From NCBI GenBank assembly GCA_015680685.1, contig MNCI01001065.1, forward strand, positions 1,500,482 to 1,564,481: a DNA stretch of 64,000 nucleotides, in the 5' to 3' direction. Source of the DNA: Gnetum montanum (taxonomy: Eukaryota > Plantae > Gnetophyta). Position numbers and translations under genes: made by a program. The notes under the pieces are model-generated. The model searched no databases. It was not told where the DNA came from and was given only the letters and a program-made list of their open reading frames with translations. This document shows, in pieces, positions 11,850-26,517 of the stretch. Every line of letters begins with the position of its first letter. Position 1 is the first letter of the stretch.

Positions 11850-12360
11850 AGTACAGCGTACAGCGTATAACTACCGACGTATAAGGACAGCGTATACAGC
11901 GTATATGGGCACAGCATATAGGGTCAGTGTAGACAAGTCTACGGCATAGGGAGTACAGTGTATACGCTAGACAACGTATACAACATCAGGATGGAACGTA
12001 AAATAGGGTTACAGCATATAGAATGTGGTATAACGTATGGCAGCATAAACAGAATGATGGTGCAAAGAGTGCGGCATAGACAGAATAGTAGGGATGAAGT
12101 TGGTGTACAGCGTAGACGAGGTCTACAGTGTAAAGAGTGTACAACATAAATGGATAACAATGTAGGGTAAAATGTGCAGCGTAAGGAAAATTTGTAGCGT
12201 AAAATGTGTAGCGTGCGTGTGGCAGCGTAGACGTTGGGGTTTCTGTGGACAAAGTCCATATGGAGTTGGCAGCGTAGACACTGGAAAACTTGCAAAGAGT
12301 GAGTTTGGAATAGGGCAGCATAAACGTTGATCAGCATAGACGTTGATCAGCATAGATGCT
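11850..12360. repeat. CAGCGTA/CAGCATA motif cluster in the 5' leader of copy A
   Basis: Repeated acagcgtata, cagcatag and cagcgtagac. Confidence 0.7.
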
Positions 12361-12390
12361 GGGAAGCATGAATGTAAGGTTTTAGGTGGA

Positions 12391-12409
12391 GGCCCTCCTT
12401 CTAGCGCCA
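12391..12409 (-). promoter_or_regulatory. primer-binding site, tRNA-Asn(GUU)
   Basis: TGGCGCTAGAAGGAGGGCC lies 5 nt inside the LTR and is complementary to the plant tRNA-Asn 3' end ...CCCTCCTTCTAGCGCCA (recalled sequence). Confidence 0.85.
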
Positions 12410-12414
12410 ATTTC

Positions 12415-13536
12415 TGTACTGCCCGAAATCGTCGGTCTCCGGCCGGAAGGAAACAAAGACCGTGGGATCGTAGGATGCACACAGAAGACCCTACCTTCGC
12501 CTGAGGGTGAGCTGGAATGCACGAAGGTAGAGTACCTTGGGTGGTCTACATGTGGATTAGACAAGGATTTCCCAAACTTACACTGAAGTGTTGTACGCTG
12601 GGTTATACATAAATGGCATGGCGAGTGTAAACGGAGTGTAAACAATATAACTAATGCAAGCAAAGCGTAAACGTAAACAGAATACGTGAAAGAATCAACG
12701 TAGATTGTAAACAATTGTAGGAAGAAAATGTAACAATGGTATTATAGAATGAAAATACATGCACCGGTCAAACACAGTTGTGAGTGGAACACAAGGCGGA
12801 TGAAAGCCCCAGTGGATGTAAGGACGACTGCAGCTGGATCGCACTGTATGCACAGCGTAGAGACTGTATGCTCAGCGTGTAGGGTTATCCAGCGTAGGAG
12901 GTTTTTGTGCTCTGGTTCTTAGCATAATTTCTCTTTGGTGTGATTTCAGATTTTTCCAGCCGACCTCGTTCAAGTGGGAAATTGGGGCTTTATACCGATT
13001 GTTACGCTAGACTCGGGTTAGGAGACACGTGGCGCATTGACCAAGTGCATAAGATTTACAAATATACAATATATTACATCTGCTAGGCGTATACACTGGG
13101 CTTATATGCTAGGCGTATATGCTGGGCGTATGTGCTAGATGTGCTGGGCATATGCGAACTCGGGTGGAGATGCTGTGGACGCTGGGCGCATACGCTGCTG
13201 ATGGCTGGGCGTATACGCTGACGATTGTTGTCTTGTGTCAATTTTTGCTCTGCAGTGCTATTGTCATGCCGTCTTTGAAGACTTCATGCCACACATCTGC
13301 ATCTATTGTACCTGCTGAGCATACATGTGAGGTGTGTACGCTGGGCATGTATGCTAGACGTCTACGCTGGGTGTCTACGCTGAGCATCTATGCTGGGATT
13401 GCATACTTAGCAAAAATTGAGCATCTGTCCTCCGAAGTTTCCATGTTTGACACCAAATGTAGTTGTTGTCGTCTGGGGTCCCAGGGACTTGCTTGGTGTT
13501 GGACAAGTACTAAGCTCCGAATTTTGTGGTGTTTCA
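12415..13536 (-). repeat. 5' LTR of copy A (~1.12 kb)
   Basis: Minus strand begins TGAAACACCA (same terminus as C and D LTRs) and ends ...GTACA next to the PBS; the partner LTR is outside the window. Confidence 0.82.
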
Positions 13537-15316
13537 ATCAGTTCCATCATCAAATCTATCTTTAGCTTCTAATATCCTACATCAATACCCTAGCTTTTCA
13601 ATGTCTAATGTCAATTTAGCATTTGACATATAACATCAATGTTCATTACTATTTTCTACATGTTAATTCTTCTATCTATAACCTCCTATAATCTTTTGGA
13701 AGATTCTATAAACCCCAATGCATAATTCCTACATGATCTATGAGGCATGATCAACTTGTAAATAGGAGTATACACTTAATGAAAAGGGGTTGGCTTTGGA
13801 AACCTTCCAGTTCATATTTTCAAGTAGCAGACCAGTTGGATATCTTAGATTTTTTCTTCTCTACTACTTAACACAGTTAGCATTATGGCAATTGGTAATT
13901 TGAAAAACCTCTTGTAAAGACTCTACCTCTTTGTAGAATAACTACCCTTACTCCCTCTCCCTCTCTCTCTCTCTTTCCTATCGAGCCATTGTATTCCCTT
14001 TGCATTGTCCTCTTGACACATGGAGAATTGCTCAAAATTAGGTAAATGCACTAATCCAATCGATTCCTCTACTTTGTCAACCACTAAATCTATGATAGTT
14101 CCTATCAAATCCATGTTGAGTGCACACATTGGGAAAGAAATGTGATAATAAAACTACTCGTCAAATGCCTTTAATCCTCGTTACATGTTTCAAAACATCT
14201 CTTAAAAGGCTACTAATCATATTATTTTCTTTATAATCTAGATATACCCTTGTTTAAGTTTCTATTTTGGGATTTTATCTATATTTTTTTTCAAATCTAT
14301 TTCTAGCATTTACCATTTGGGTTTAGCTTTTTCTAGGTATGTTTCTCTCTTTTACACATTTTTCTTACTACTAGCTACATATACACTCATTCATCTTTCT
14401 CATGCTATTTAGCACTCTATTCTACTTCACTTTGTGTTATATGCATTTCTCTGCTTATTTTCTACTAGCTATTTTATGTGTGTTTCTCTTTGTCACTTAA
14501 TACTCACTAACATTTCGTATAAAAAAATTTGGCTCAAATTCTTAGATTTTGTCTTGAAATCTAAAATTTCCCTTTCAATTTGAGGGAAATTATTTGAAAT
14601 TTTAGTTTTCTTGAACTTTTTGATGGTTACAAGATTACTTGGCTTAATTTCATATTAGGTTTTGTTGAATCTCATTATTATGATGATTCCTACCACAACA
14701 TCTTTTTGGAACTAGAAGAAGAACCTCCATGAAACTAAGTGTTGTTTCTAGATCACTAGGAGGTACATCCTAGATTAGCCTCTTTATCTGCACATCACTT
14801 TTAGAGCAAAGAGAGGAAGTGTTTCCTCTGAGTCAAATATCTACTTAATAGATGAAGATGAAGAGCAACCAGTAGGGGAGCTTAGCAAAAGCAACCCTCA
14901 CTCTCACCACATTCATAACATCAACCAAACCTTTCAACCTTCCCATAACCTTTGTTTCATCATACCAACTATTTTTAAATAATAATGTTATAAATCCACA
15001 CTTTATTTTCTAATCCTTTATTTCACCCTTTGGAACTACCCACTCTATCCCTCAACCAAAGTCTACCATATCTTCATTTCAACCTTCTTCACTTTCTACT
15101 CTTGATCCATAGCAATTTAGCATTCCCCAAGCTACCATCTTATTCTCCTTTCCTGTATACTCATCCAACCCAATCTCTTTGGGTATACCTAGTCCTACAT
15201 CATTTTGACCCAACTCTTATGTGCATAGTCCCTTAACATCTTTACCAGCTACTACAATTCCATCTCTTATCAATTCCCTTGGAACAAATTGATAGTTTCT
15301 TTTCTTAGTTAATGAC

Positions 15317-17936
15317 ATGATGCTTTATTTTCAAAACAATAAAGACAAAATGGAAAAGGTAGTAAGCTTGAAAGGAAATTCTCCTATTTCCTTGAACAAG
15401 GTTTTGAGTGACCTCATAAGCTTTGCAATCCCTTTGTCAATCTTGTCTAACAAAGTTTCACTAGCTACTTTTACCAAAATGGAGGATCCCATGAATCATA
15501 TGATTACATTCAAGACTGAATGGATGTTTTTAGCTCCTTAGCACCACATTGGGTTGATATTTTTTTCAAACTTACTTTTTGAAAGAACTTTGGAATGGTA
15601 TGGATCCCTAGCACATGGATCTCTCACTTTCTAGAGCAACTCCTTGCAATCTTCATTGAACACTTCAAGTTCAATGTGTCTTGCAACACATGTGTGATGT
15701 CGTTTTTTGGTATCAAAAAAGGTCCAAATGAGCCCATCAATAAATTCATTTTTTAATAAACATTAGAATAACTAAAACTACCTTATCATTTGAAAGAATT
15801 TCATCTACAAGAAATATTTGAAGTTGCAATAATTTACTATATTCAAAAAAGGATGGCTTATCCTAGGCCTCACTCTTTGAATGATGCTTTTCTAGCCACC
15901 AAACATACTAAAGAAGTAGTTATTTAATGCAATAACCAAGAATTCATGTCAATTTATCATAAGGTTAGCAAGGCTACCAAATAAGAAAAGAGAATACCAA
16001 CTTCCACAAGTGTTTTTTCTTTCTCTAACGAATGAAACAACACTTCCCTAGCTACTTCCTCTTCCACTTTACAACATAGGCCTCAAAGGAGTAAAGACCA
16101 ATATACTAAGATACCTATGAGGTTCTCTTTACTTCTAAAAAATCTTCTTAGGAATGGTCATCTTAAGATGAAGAAGGTTTCCAATCAAGTAAGATCACAC
16201 TACCATTGCATCTAGCTAATAGCTATGGATCCTTCTCAAAGACAAGAAGGTGATCCTAAGGTGCCTAAACGGATTTACAACTAGAAGTACTACTACTATT
16301 ATAAGACTAATGAACATGATACAAATAATTGTAGAAATTTGAAGGATGAAATCCAAGATCCCATTGATAATAGCAAGATAGTGGTGGAGAGTGATCCATC
16401 CACCATTCATCTAAACAATCAACATCTTGAAATATTTTAGAATTCCTTAGAAGCTATAGGCATGATTTCATCTTTCAATCTTGAGTAAAAAGCTCAAAAA
16501 TCTCTAGCTAAATAGCTTACTTCATTTGTTGGTCTGACTACAAATAGTCTAAGTAGTCATCACTACAATGTCAAAAGTCTTATTTAATCCATTAATCTAA
16601 CTATGCTACTACATCATCAAAACCAAATTGTTCTTCTCCATCCTCCTATTGCATCCATGCTACAAATTCTCATTCTTTCACTTTTGTTCAATCTACCCAT
16701 ACATCTAGCTCTCATCATGGTTCACATTACTTTGAATCTCAAAAATTCATTATAGTCCAAAAATTGTCTTTTCCTTCATCTCATGTGAAAATCCTCATCT
16801 ATAGTCAATGGACCAACAAGTCACGTTTAACTAAATAGAAGGAGAAGGATACTAATGCATCAAATCAATCTTCTAAGATAACGAAGAATGTTTCCTTCTA
16901 GCAACAATAGGAAACTACTTCTTCAATTGACCTCCTCGATTCTTCCAATCCTATACAACTAGTCATGCTAACTACTACTTTGTAAGCATCTTAGCCTATG
17001 GACAATAAGGTCTTACAACAAATGAACATCATTGTTCATTCTAAAGGCAGAAACTTATCATTGTATGACTTCCTAACAACCTCTAAAGAACATTGTAGTC
17101 CATTATATGATATTCTTAATAGCATCATTCCCAAATGATATTTCTACTTAGATGGATGCTATATCTTCCTTTCATCAAGTCCCTCACTATGGATTAAATA
17201 GTCTAAACTTATATGATGAGAACACTGAGATCAATTTAAAGATAGGAAACATCTATCAACTTTCACTCTACATCACCATGAAAGTGTTCCCAGAAGCATC
17301 AATCCCACTAATACATGTTAATGATAGTGACAAATCAACTGTGATCACATGAGCTATTATCAATCATCTTAGTGTCCATGATTAGGTAATTTTCAATGAA
17401 ACTTACACTAGTCTTATTTCATTCGATGACATATGAGTAGAGGTTTAGGTTCCATTTGATTACCTTTCATTGTAGGCAATACTATATAGCCTAAGCTCAT
17501 TTTCATAGTGATACGCAAGTTCCCTAGTGTCAATGGTATATTGACCTTGGCTAACTCAACATCAAGATATACCTTCATCTATACATTAGGATATATACAT
17601 CTTTGTTCATAACTATGAGATAGTCATATTTGTGGACCAAAAAATTCTAATGTTTCTTACTTAGACTGAGAAGTTCAATTTTATCATCTTAATGGTAGAC
17701 TAGATGATATCAAGCTTAAACTTGTAGGAAAACCTTCAATCCATTTGTCTCCTAAGAATTTTGAGGTTACTTCAAATTATATAGACTTAGGCAATGACTC
17801 TGTTTCTAATGTTAAGTTCATTGATGTAGATTTTGGAGAGCTTGGCATATCCTCACCTAAAAAGGAGGATTCCCCTTATCCTTCTTATCTAATAACTCAA
17901 AACATCATTGCAAATATCATAACCTTCGATGCATAA
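15317..17936 (+). pseudogene. gag: gag-protease relic of copy B
   Basis: EDPMNHMITFKTE (~15480, cf. GDPNAHLVTFRSE in D), knuckle relic NEHDTNNC (~16310), LSLYDFLTTSKEH (~17055), IHVNDS (~17310). Confidence 0.75.
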
Positions 17937-18359
17937 GCTCTTTCATTTTTTTTCCACTAAGTTGTGGACATCTACTTATGCTTGTTAGGAATGTTTTTTA
18001 TTTCTTTTTCTTTTTTTCTATCATTAAATAATGATAGTTAGTGAATAGAATTGAGATTATCTTTTTACTTAAATTATTTTCTTTAATCACTTATTATTGA
18101 TGGATAATGTTAAGTTAATAAGAAATTGTTAGCTCCGATGTATCACATTAATTCTAGCTATCAGTGCACAAAAGATTGATAAGTCAAAATGGATGCAAAA
18201 AAGAAATCTTTATTTTCTTTTTAAATTTTGTACAAGTGACACATGTGATAACTTTTGATGTGATGCTTCATGCTTATGTCAAACATGCTTAAACTTTTAT
18301 ACGATTCTTACATTATATGTAAATGATGCAGAAACAATAATAAAAATATATCCAATGCT

Positions 18360-21300
18360 TAGTTGTCTTATTTGTCCCAAGCAGCTTCCTCCTCTACTTT
18401 CTCATCAATCTACATTATAGTTGACTCTTTTTCTAGTATTTTGCTATTTTTGCTAGGGTTTGTAATTGCAAAGTCAAGACAAACACATTATTTTTATTTT
18501 ATTTTATCATCCAAATGAAATTAAATAAAAGTAATCCCTAAATTTGTAATGCTTACCCTATTTCTCTTTGACGATTTCTAAGATCTGTTATTCTATCTCC
18601 TCCAAACTCATATTGACGATGTTCAATATATTAAATGTTGAGCTTAGAATCTTCAATAGAACACCTACCCACTCTTCATAATTCTTTAGTTATTCTAGGA
18701 AGATATCATCATCTTCACATTCTACCATAGGTTCTTCTTTAGAGCCCATCTCTTCATCTTCTAGTGTGGTAATCATCACACAATTTGTAAAATCTTTGAA
18801 CATCTTTTCTAGCTCTGTCAATTTAGTGAAAAAAAATTTTATTTCTCTATTTATGTATGATATTTTATTCTCCTTTATCAATTTATGGTATTCTCTCTTG
18901 TACTAATGCTTATTAGTTTGGTGCTTCCTTCCCAAACTCTTCCATGCTACTACTAACTTTCATAGACTAGTCATCAAGCATCTCATTACTAAGGCTGACC
19001 AATTCCTCTCCATCCACGCACTTTGGAGCTCCACAACTTTATTTCTTCTTCTCTAATATGTATAGGGAGGATGGTTATGTCTGACCATGTCACTACCTCT
19101 AATTGCTTCTTCCAACAACTCAACCTGGTCAAACAACATCCTTATTTGACATTCATTCTCTTCTTTATTCTTTCATGCTTGCTCCAATGAATCTAGAAGT
19201 ATGGCATTGGTATTGACATTCTCTATGGTTAATACTCCCATATCCTTATCATATTTTAAAGTAGTGCTCATCTTATTGGTATCAATCTTCTTTATTGTTA
19301 TATCAATGTTTGTTGCTTGTTCATACAATTTAACATGATCCTTATCTAATTTTATCTTTATTTCTGTATCGCACACAAGAGAATGTCAACTTATCTATCT
19401 CTAACAATGAATATTATTCTACAATAATAATGTTCTAAACTTACCTTCTCTTGGAGATATTAGCTACAACTTTATCTTCATATCCTCCACCAAGCCTTCC
19501 AACATCATTTGCTTATCCTTCACATAAGCCCAAATTTTCCTTTTCATCTCTAGAAAAGAGAATAAAATGGTTAAGTCTCTTTAAAATCATTATAATAAAC
19601 ATAAAAAATTTTGATGCAATGTCATTTACACTTACCATATCATGTGGAAATATTGGAACTCATCACTTTCATAAGCCATTTACAAACCTCTATATCACTC
19701 AAAATTAGTTTTCTTGTTGGTGGAGTGATGTCTATTGGAGATGGTGGAGGGATATCAAATTCTAGCAATTCCTCTCTTTCTCTATGTCCACCTCCTTTTC
19801 TTCTTGACCAATTTCATTGAGGTTTAAATCAAAGAGGTTAGAAAATGCCATACTTTCTCAATCCTCTTCATTTTTCTTTAATAAAAATAAGTCATGTAAG
19901 AAATTTTCTTTATCTTAACTCATACCTTCCTTCTAGCCTTCAAAAATTAAAGGAAGGCTAGAATGTTATGTTTTTGCTTCATGTTTCTATGCTCTTCTAT
20001 CTCAAGTAACTTTTGAGACAAAAAAGGCTAGGTGTAAGCTTTATGTTATTTTTTGGTAACATCGAAATCAAAACTACATTATGTTAATGATACTTAATGC
20101 AAAAATAATAATAATAATACAAGACTCATAAAGACTTACTTTTTTATGTCTCCAATTGATCCTAGGAGGCTTTAACCTCTAAATTTTTAGAGGAGATTTT
20201 CTTCTCAAAAAGAGGTTTCCTCTTTCATGCTACTCATCCCTTTTCAATACTTCCAAAGGTGCTCTCCAAAATTCCCTCCTTCCTTACTTTTGTGTCACTT
20301 CTTATTTTTTGGGGGCTTCCAAATGCTATTAGACACTGAGGACCCAACCTCTTCTCTAATCTTTGATGTCAAAATTAAAGGACTATCACCACAAATTCTA
20401 TAGGTGAACATCAAACTTTCTAAGTGTTGGCACAATGGAGGCCTAAAATCTATCTCTAAAGTAATTCCAACTTGCTTCTCTACCTTGTAAGAAAACCATG
20501 TTATCACTACCTTTATTAGCCTCTAATAAAACCCAAATTGAGCCACTTGCTCATCATCTTCCTCTTTCCATTTTTGTTCTTCTTGGGTAGCTTCTCCATT
20601 TCTTCCACTACCACTTTATATATATCTAGTGCCCAATTAGCTTCACTCCCTTAGATCATTATCTCATATAACTCATACAAATGCCTAAGGACCAACTTCA
20701 ATTTCTATCCTATTTTATTAGATAAGAGACTCTAAAAAAAAGGGACTAATTTCTTTAAGTCTTCATTTCTCCCTTTGTGGACATTAATGGTGTTTCTCTT
20801 CTCTGAACTAACCCATTCCTCTACAACTACTAGTTCTTTTAATATCAACTTCAAACTATCAATCTTTATTCCTCACTATAGGAAGCTTAACGAATACCTT
20901 AGTGTATCTAGATCCTAAGAAATGATCACTTGTTTCTGGTCTACACATATGACAAAAATTTCTTTAGCTACAAAATAGATCAACAAAGAATCCTAGAAGG
21001 CTTGCCTCTAGAATCCTAGTCTAGGAGCTTTGTTTATGGTCTGCATTATACAAAAATTGCTTTAGCTACAAAATAGATAAAAATTGTATTTTCTATAGAC
21101 TAGGATATCCTTGAAAAGCTCCTCAATATTAGATCATAGCTCAAAGACTTATTTTGTGATCTCAACAAAGAATCCTAAAAGGCTTGCCTCTAGAACTTGA
21201 AAAATTACCTCTTCCCCCAACCTAGTCCAAATCATCACATAGAAGTGTATAATGCAGAATTTTAGTTATTCTACCACTCCTTTCTTAGCCCACAATTTGG

Positions 21301-21500
21301 ATAGCATTAGTGTGTTGTCATTAAACAATGGTTTGCTCAAACTCAGATCTAAATTTCTGCACTTGTTTTCTAGGATGTTCCTTTTATCCACAAGAAAGAA
21401 GTACATAGGCTCAATTACAAGGACCCTAGGTGCAACAACATCTCTAAAATAAAACAAATAGTTTTTACTATTAGAAATATAGTCTTGTATCAAATTATTA
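18360..21500 (-). pseudogene. antisense extra gene relic of copy B
   Basis: Minus-strand coiled-coil-like peptides (18690-18881, 19173-19376). NKH*YKRE near 18900 matches NHKHxYK in A, C and D. Donor-like GTAAG/GTATG at ~18556, ~19444 and ~19925. Confidence 0.5.
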
Positions 21501-22859
21501 GCTCAATGTTAAAAACATCTTCAACTCACATTGGTCTCATGTTGAAATTATCTCAAGTTTTCTAAGTGGTACGTCAGATTCTACCTCATGACTTTGATGT
21601 CTTACATTGAAGAACACAACTTTAGCATATACTGTCCCATTTACACTTAGTGCTTTATTGTTTGGGAAAAACATCTACGTACAAGCTTTTTCCTTCACTA
21701 TGTACTAGATTTTTTATGTTTTACATCGATGCAAATTGATGTGAAATGTCAAGAAAAATTAGAGATTTGATAAAAACTTCAACTCTAATGTTTAACATTA
21801 TTCCTCTTATGTACAATGTCATCCTTTTTATATGTGTCACTTGGAAAAATCATCATTTCCTCACATTAGATCTTCAACATTTTACATTGAAAAGTACTTT
21901 TGATGTGTGATGTTGTTCTATCTTCTCTAATAGTAAGAATTTGGCAAAAATGCTCTTGTGTTGAAATCTCACATCGTGTTCTAAGTGGGAAAAACTCTCT
22001 AAATCATATTTACTTGGAATTATGAAAAAAAAATTGTGAATTTGTTCATGAAAATGTTGACTCTACTATATTTTTGCTAATACTACCCAATGCATTTGAT
22101 AGATTTATCTTAAAATAACACAAAAATTAAAAATTTCATTGCTCTAGCTATGCTACTACTCAATACACCTTACCAATAATGTTAAATTCATAATTTCACT
22201 TCATTTCATCATAATAATCTACAACTAAACCTAGATTTTGATGCATTTTTAGTACATTTGCAAGATAAACTACAAAAATAACACATGCATTCAATTTCTA
22301 GTAGTAGATCTGAAAAATTTCCAAAAATCCTAAAAGCTCAAACTATGTAATGGGGTTCTCAATCCCATAACAAAATCAAATTAAAATCTTTAAATATAAG
22401 CTTACAAACTACTTTACACTATTGAACAATATTAAATTTAGGCCTAGTCTTGCATCTAACTAATAAAATTTTTAAAATTCCAACGCAACCATAACAATGA
22501 ACCCATAGTAATAGTAAAACTATGTAGAAATTCCTAACTAGGACTTTGGTAACTCATATCTAAGCTCTAGGGAGAAGTAACTAGGGTTGAGACAATCCCC
22601 TACAGCTAATGAACCTAGTGTTGGTTACATGTTGGCCTTTGTCACCACTTGCCATGCTATTTTTGAAATTTTTCTTTGTTCTTACTCTCACCTACTCATG
22701 CGTCAATTCTTCAACATTTTGGATGTAAATGAAAGCTTTCCTATCTAAATTCTTCTCTTGATATCACTTGTATAGCATAGAAATGACATGTGCTATATGA
22801 ATTTTGATGTCTGCTCACTTTTAACGTTGTTAACTTTTGACATTATCTCTCAAATGGCA

Positions 22860-25800
22860 AGTCTTATCTCTTGATTCTAGCCTGGGTAAATAGGGATACC
22901 AGTCCAAAATGTCTACTTCAACCTTTGATCTTGAGTCACCATATAAGCCAGGTAGGTAGAACTCTATATCTTTCTTTTCTCAATTTAACATCAAATCCAA
23001 CTTATCTTATATCCTCTTTAGATGTTACAAAGGATGAACTTATACCATAGTCAAAACTTTCTTTCCTTGATCAAGAGCCTCTTCTAACCAAAAATTATTT
23101 AATCAATGTTCCAATACTAAGTCTTAAGAATAAACAAAAGACTCTTCAACTTAGTGTTCTTCTCTCTTCAAACCTTCAGGATTCTATTCTTGCAACCTTG
23201 CAAAAGCATTCCATTGCTTTCACTTAGGGATATAGTGACATGCCTAGCCTAGACCCAAAGCTAGTTCAATATAACATTATCTTGGAAGAAGGTTCCAAAC
23301 CTGCTAAGAAAAAATGTTAGAAAAATTTGTTCTATTATAAATCTCACTATTAAAAAAGAGATAACTAAAGTCTATAATGCTCAATTCATTTATCTTTTCA
23401 ACTAATTAGGTTTGTAACATGGTCATAGTTCATAACAAGAATGGTGGCATTCACATATGCATTATTTTTCAAGACCTTAACAAAATAACTCTTAAGGATA
23501 ACTTTCCTTTGCCTAAAATTGATCCACTTATCAAGTCTATAGTTTTTCATGCTCTTCTATCCTTCATGAATTGGTTTTCTAGTTACAACCAAATCTAGAT
23601 AAATTCAAAGCACTAATACTATATCACATTCATGACTCTTTGGGAAATATTTTGCTACACTAAAATGCTCTTTGGACTCAAGAATGCTAGAGCTACCTAT
23701 CAATGAGCTATGACTTTCATCTTCAATGACATAAAGTTTAAAATAATTAATGATTATGTTGATGGTTTTCCAACAAATCTATGCTAGAAACTAATCATGC
23801 TTCTGACTTGGACCAAGTTCAAACTTGTTGTAATAACTTTTACCTGCATCTTAATCCTAACAAATGCATTTTTGGAATCCTTACAGGTAAGATGTTAGGT
23901 TATATTATTTTGTAAGATGATATAGCTATTGATCCTAACAAGGTTAAAGCTATTCTAGATCTCATGCTACCTAAAGACATTCAAGATATGCATATTTTAC
24001 AAGGTCATCTTGAATCGATCCATCTTTTTATCTCCAATCTCACTAATTATCTTCATCCTTTAACTTACTTTTTTCATAAATTCACCACTTTTGTCTAAGA
24101 TGAGAAGTTTCAAAAGGCCTTTGATTATATCAAAAAAGCCTTAATCACTCTCCCTCTTCTTCACCCTCCACAATTTGATCAAAGTTTCTATCTTTACCTT
24201 TTCAAATCCAACCATTGCATATCTTTCATGATCTCTCAAAGGTGGGAATATGGAGTTGATCTTTCCATTTACTAAATATCTCATCCTTTCTTAGACTATG
24301 AGACTAGATACTTAAACATTAAAAAGTCTTTTCTAAGTCTTATCTTTGCCCTTAAAAACTAGAAACACTATATTTTCAATGTTAAGATCTTTGTTATCTA
24401 CAAGGATAACATCCTTAAAGTCATTGGTAACAATCCTTCTGAAAACTATTTCATAGCTTATTCAAAGAATTTTTTCATTGAGTTTGATATTTGTTTTATG
24501 TTTCAACAGTCAAGCAAAGATCAAGCTATAGCTAATCTCTTCTCTTCCTTTGAAACAACCACTGTTGTTCATAGCCTTCACATTGATGCTAAGGATTCAT
24601 ATGTTCTTTACTTTAATGGAGTGCATACTTCCTTTAGATCTAGCACAGCTTGTGTTCTTATCCTTGCCACTAAAAAAGTACTCTATCAAGCCTATAAGCT
24701 TGATTTCCCTTGTACCAAAAATATAGTTGAATATGAGGTTTCAATACGAGATATCTCTTGCTAACTTTGCAAAATCAGGTCAAGACTATTATTGTTTATG
24801 GTAACTCTGAAAACATCATAGATCAATTTAATGGTGACTATGATTACAAAGATCCTCACTTAGTTCCTTAACTATAATTTAATAAGAAGCTAATCTTTTC
24901 CTTCCCTACTTATACTTTGAAACACATCCCACATTTAGAAAACATGCTAGCTAACACATTGGTAACCTTTACCATCCATGATGATCCTTCCGCTATGTAA
25001 TACTAACTCATGAAATCAATTTTCTTAACAATTGTCATGCAATATCCTAATGTATTAGTAAGCACTATCAATAGGATAAATAATAATCAGTATTATTTTG
25101 ATCTTTTTCATTATTTTACAACTAGAAAAACTCCTAGTTATATTACACCTACTCAAATGGATACTTTGTGCAAATGTAGTCAGCATTTACAATTAGTGAA
25201 TCCTAAGATCCTTTATTGAGTTTCTTTTATGAGTTTTCTTCTATGTTTTTTTATTCTTACATAATCTAAGATAGTCCTTGATTAGGTTCACTTATGAGTT
25301 CTTGGTATACACTTAGGTTTACACTCCCTAGCTATTCACATCATTTCTTTAGGCTAATGGTGGCCAACCTTAGCCAAAGATGCTTATCACCTAGTTAAGA
25401 CATGTGATACTTGCCAAAGGCATGGCTCTCTTATCTATGTTCCCTCATAAAAACTAATGGATTTTATACCTTATTAGTACTATTAGTTCTCCTTCATCTA
25501 CTAAGCATCAATTTATTCAAACTACTATGGAATACATTACTAAATGGGTAGAGGTTATTCCTTTTCATTCCACAAAGTCCCACTTCATCTACTACTTCAT
25601 CCTTGACCACATAATAACTTGATTTGATGTAGCTCTCTAAATTATAACTAACAATGGACTTCAATTCAAAAGTAAGGAGGTACCTTATTTCTATTTCATG
25701 TACCACATCATCCAATCTTTTTCATCATCTTACTACCCTCACTCTAATACTCAAGCTGAGTCCACTAATAAAACTTTCATCTACTTTCTTGATATCATGG

Positions 25801-26260
25801 TTAATAAAATCTAATGCAATTAGAAAAAATAGCTATCATATTCCCTCTAGATTTATCATACTACTTTCTATATAACTACTGATTGTAATCCATACCTCTA
25901 AACCTATGATTTTGAGGTAGTCTTAAAAGTTGAGCTCTATATTACATCTCTCCATGTTGCTCTCCATATTGGTATTTAGACTAGGATAACAATAGCATGG
26001 GATGCATTGAGATGGATCTTCTTAAACAACATTAGCAAGATGCTCTCCATCATTTGCACAAATATCAAATAGATATTCAGCATCATCACTCTAGACACAT
26101 CCAAGTCAAATAAATTCACAAGGGTGATTTGATTCTCCATCATTTTTCAAATTCTAGAGATATCAAGTTCTCTTCTAATTGGCAGGATGGTTTTTTGATG
26201 ATTCAATCTCTACAAAATGGCATCACGTTAGTTTTCAAATCCTATCAATAGCAGCTTCAT
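22860..26260 (+). pseudogene. pol: pol relic of copy B (RT-RH-aRH-INT)
   Basis: DMPSLDPKLVQ (~23240), FSSYNQI, FGLKNA, DYVDG (23751), LYFNG...FPCTKNIVEYE (24600-24740), CDTC (25403), EYITKWVE (~25530). Confidence 0.88.
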
Positions 26261-26517
26261 CAAGTGCTACTAAGTGTATTCATGCTACAACGTTGAACCT
26301 ATTGGTTGTTTAAGAATAAACAATTATTCTTCCAATAAAACGTTGCTTTTATTAACTTTTCTCTTCTATGATAGGATACATACAACATCAGGATAATAGG
26401 CTGGCTCTACATCTTATTATACATACATTATTTACATCTATAACAACCCCTCTCTATCTCATATTCTACTATTTTCTAGCTATTTTCATCCAACTTTTCT
26501 ATACTATATATCCCATT

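Larger units (their letters stand above)
1..13536 (-). mobile_element. Tat/Ogre-type Ty3/gypsy LTR retrotransposon, copy A (3' part beyond window start)
   Basis: LTR 12415-13536, PBS, gag, protease, RT, RNase H and the start of a second RNase H lie in order on the minus strand. Confidence 0.93.
14700..26517 (+). mobile_element. ancient, heavily deaminated copy B of the same family (boundaries approximate; LTRs not resolved)
   Basis: Relics of gag, PR, antisense block, RT, RH, aRH and INT in the same order as copy D. Confidence 0.85.

Noticed and set aside
13444-13465. tgtttgacaccaaatgtag as a second PBS/LTR junction inside A's LTR
   Set aside because: No clear tRNA match and no TSD; the family terminus at 13536 explains the boundary.
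13537-14700. 5' LTR and PBS of copy B
   Set aside because: The position fits, but I could find no terminus, PBS or partner LTR in the window.
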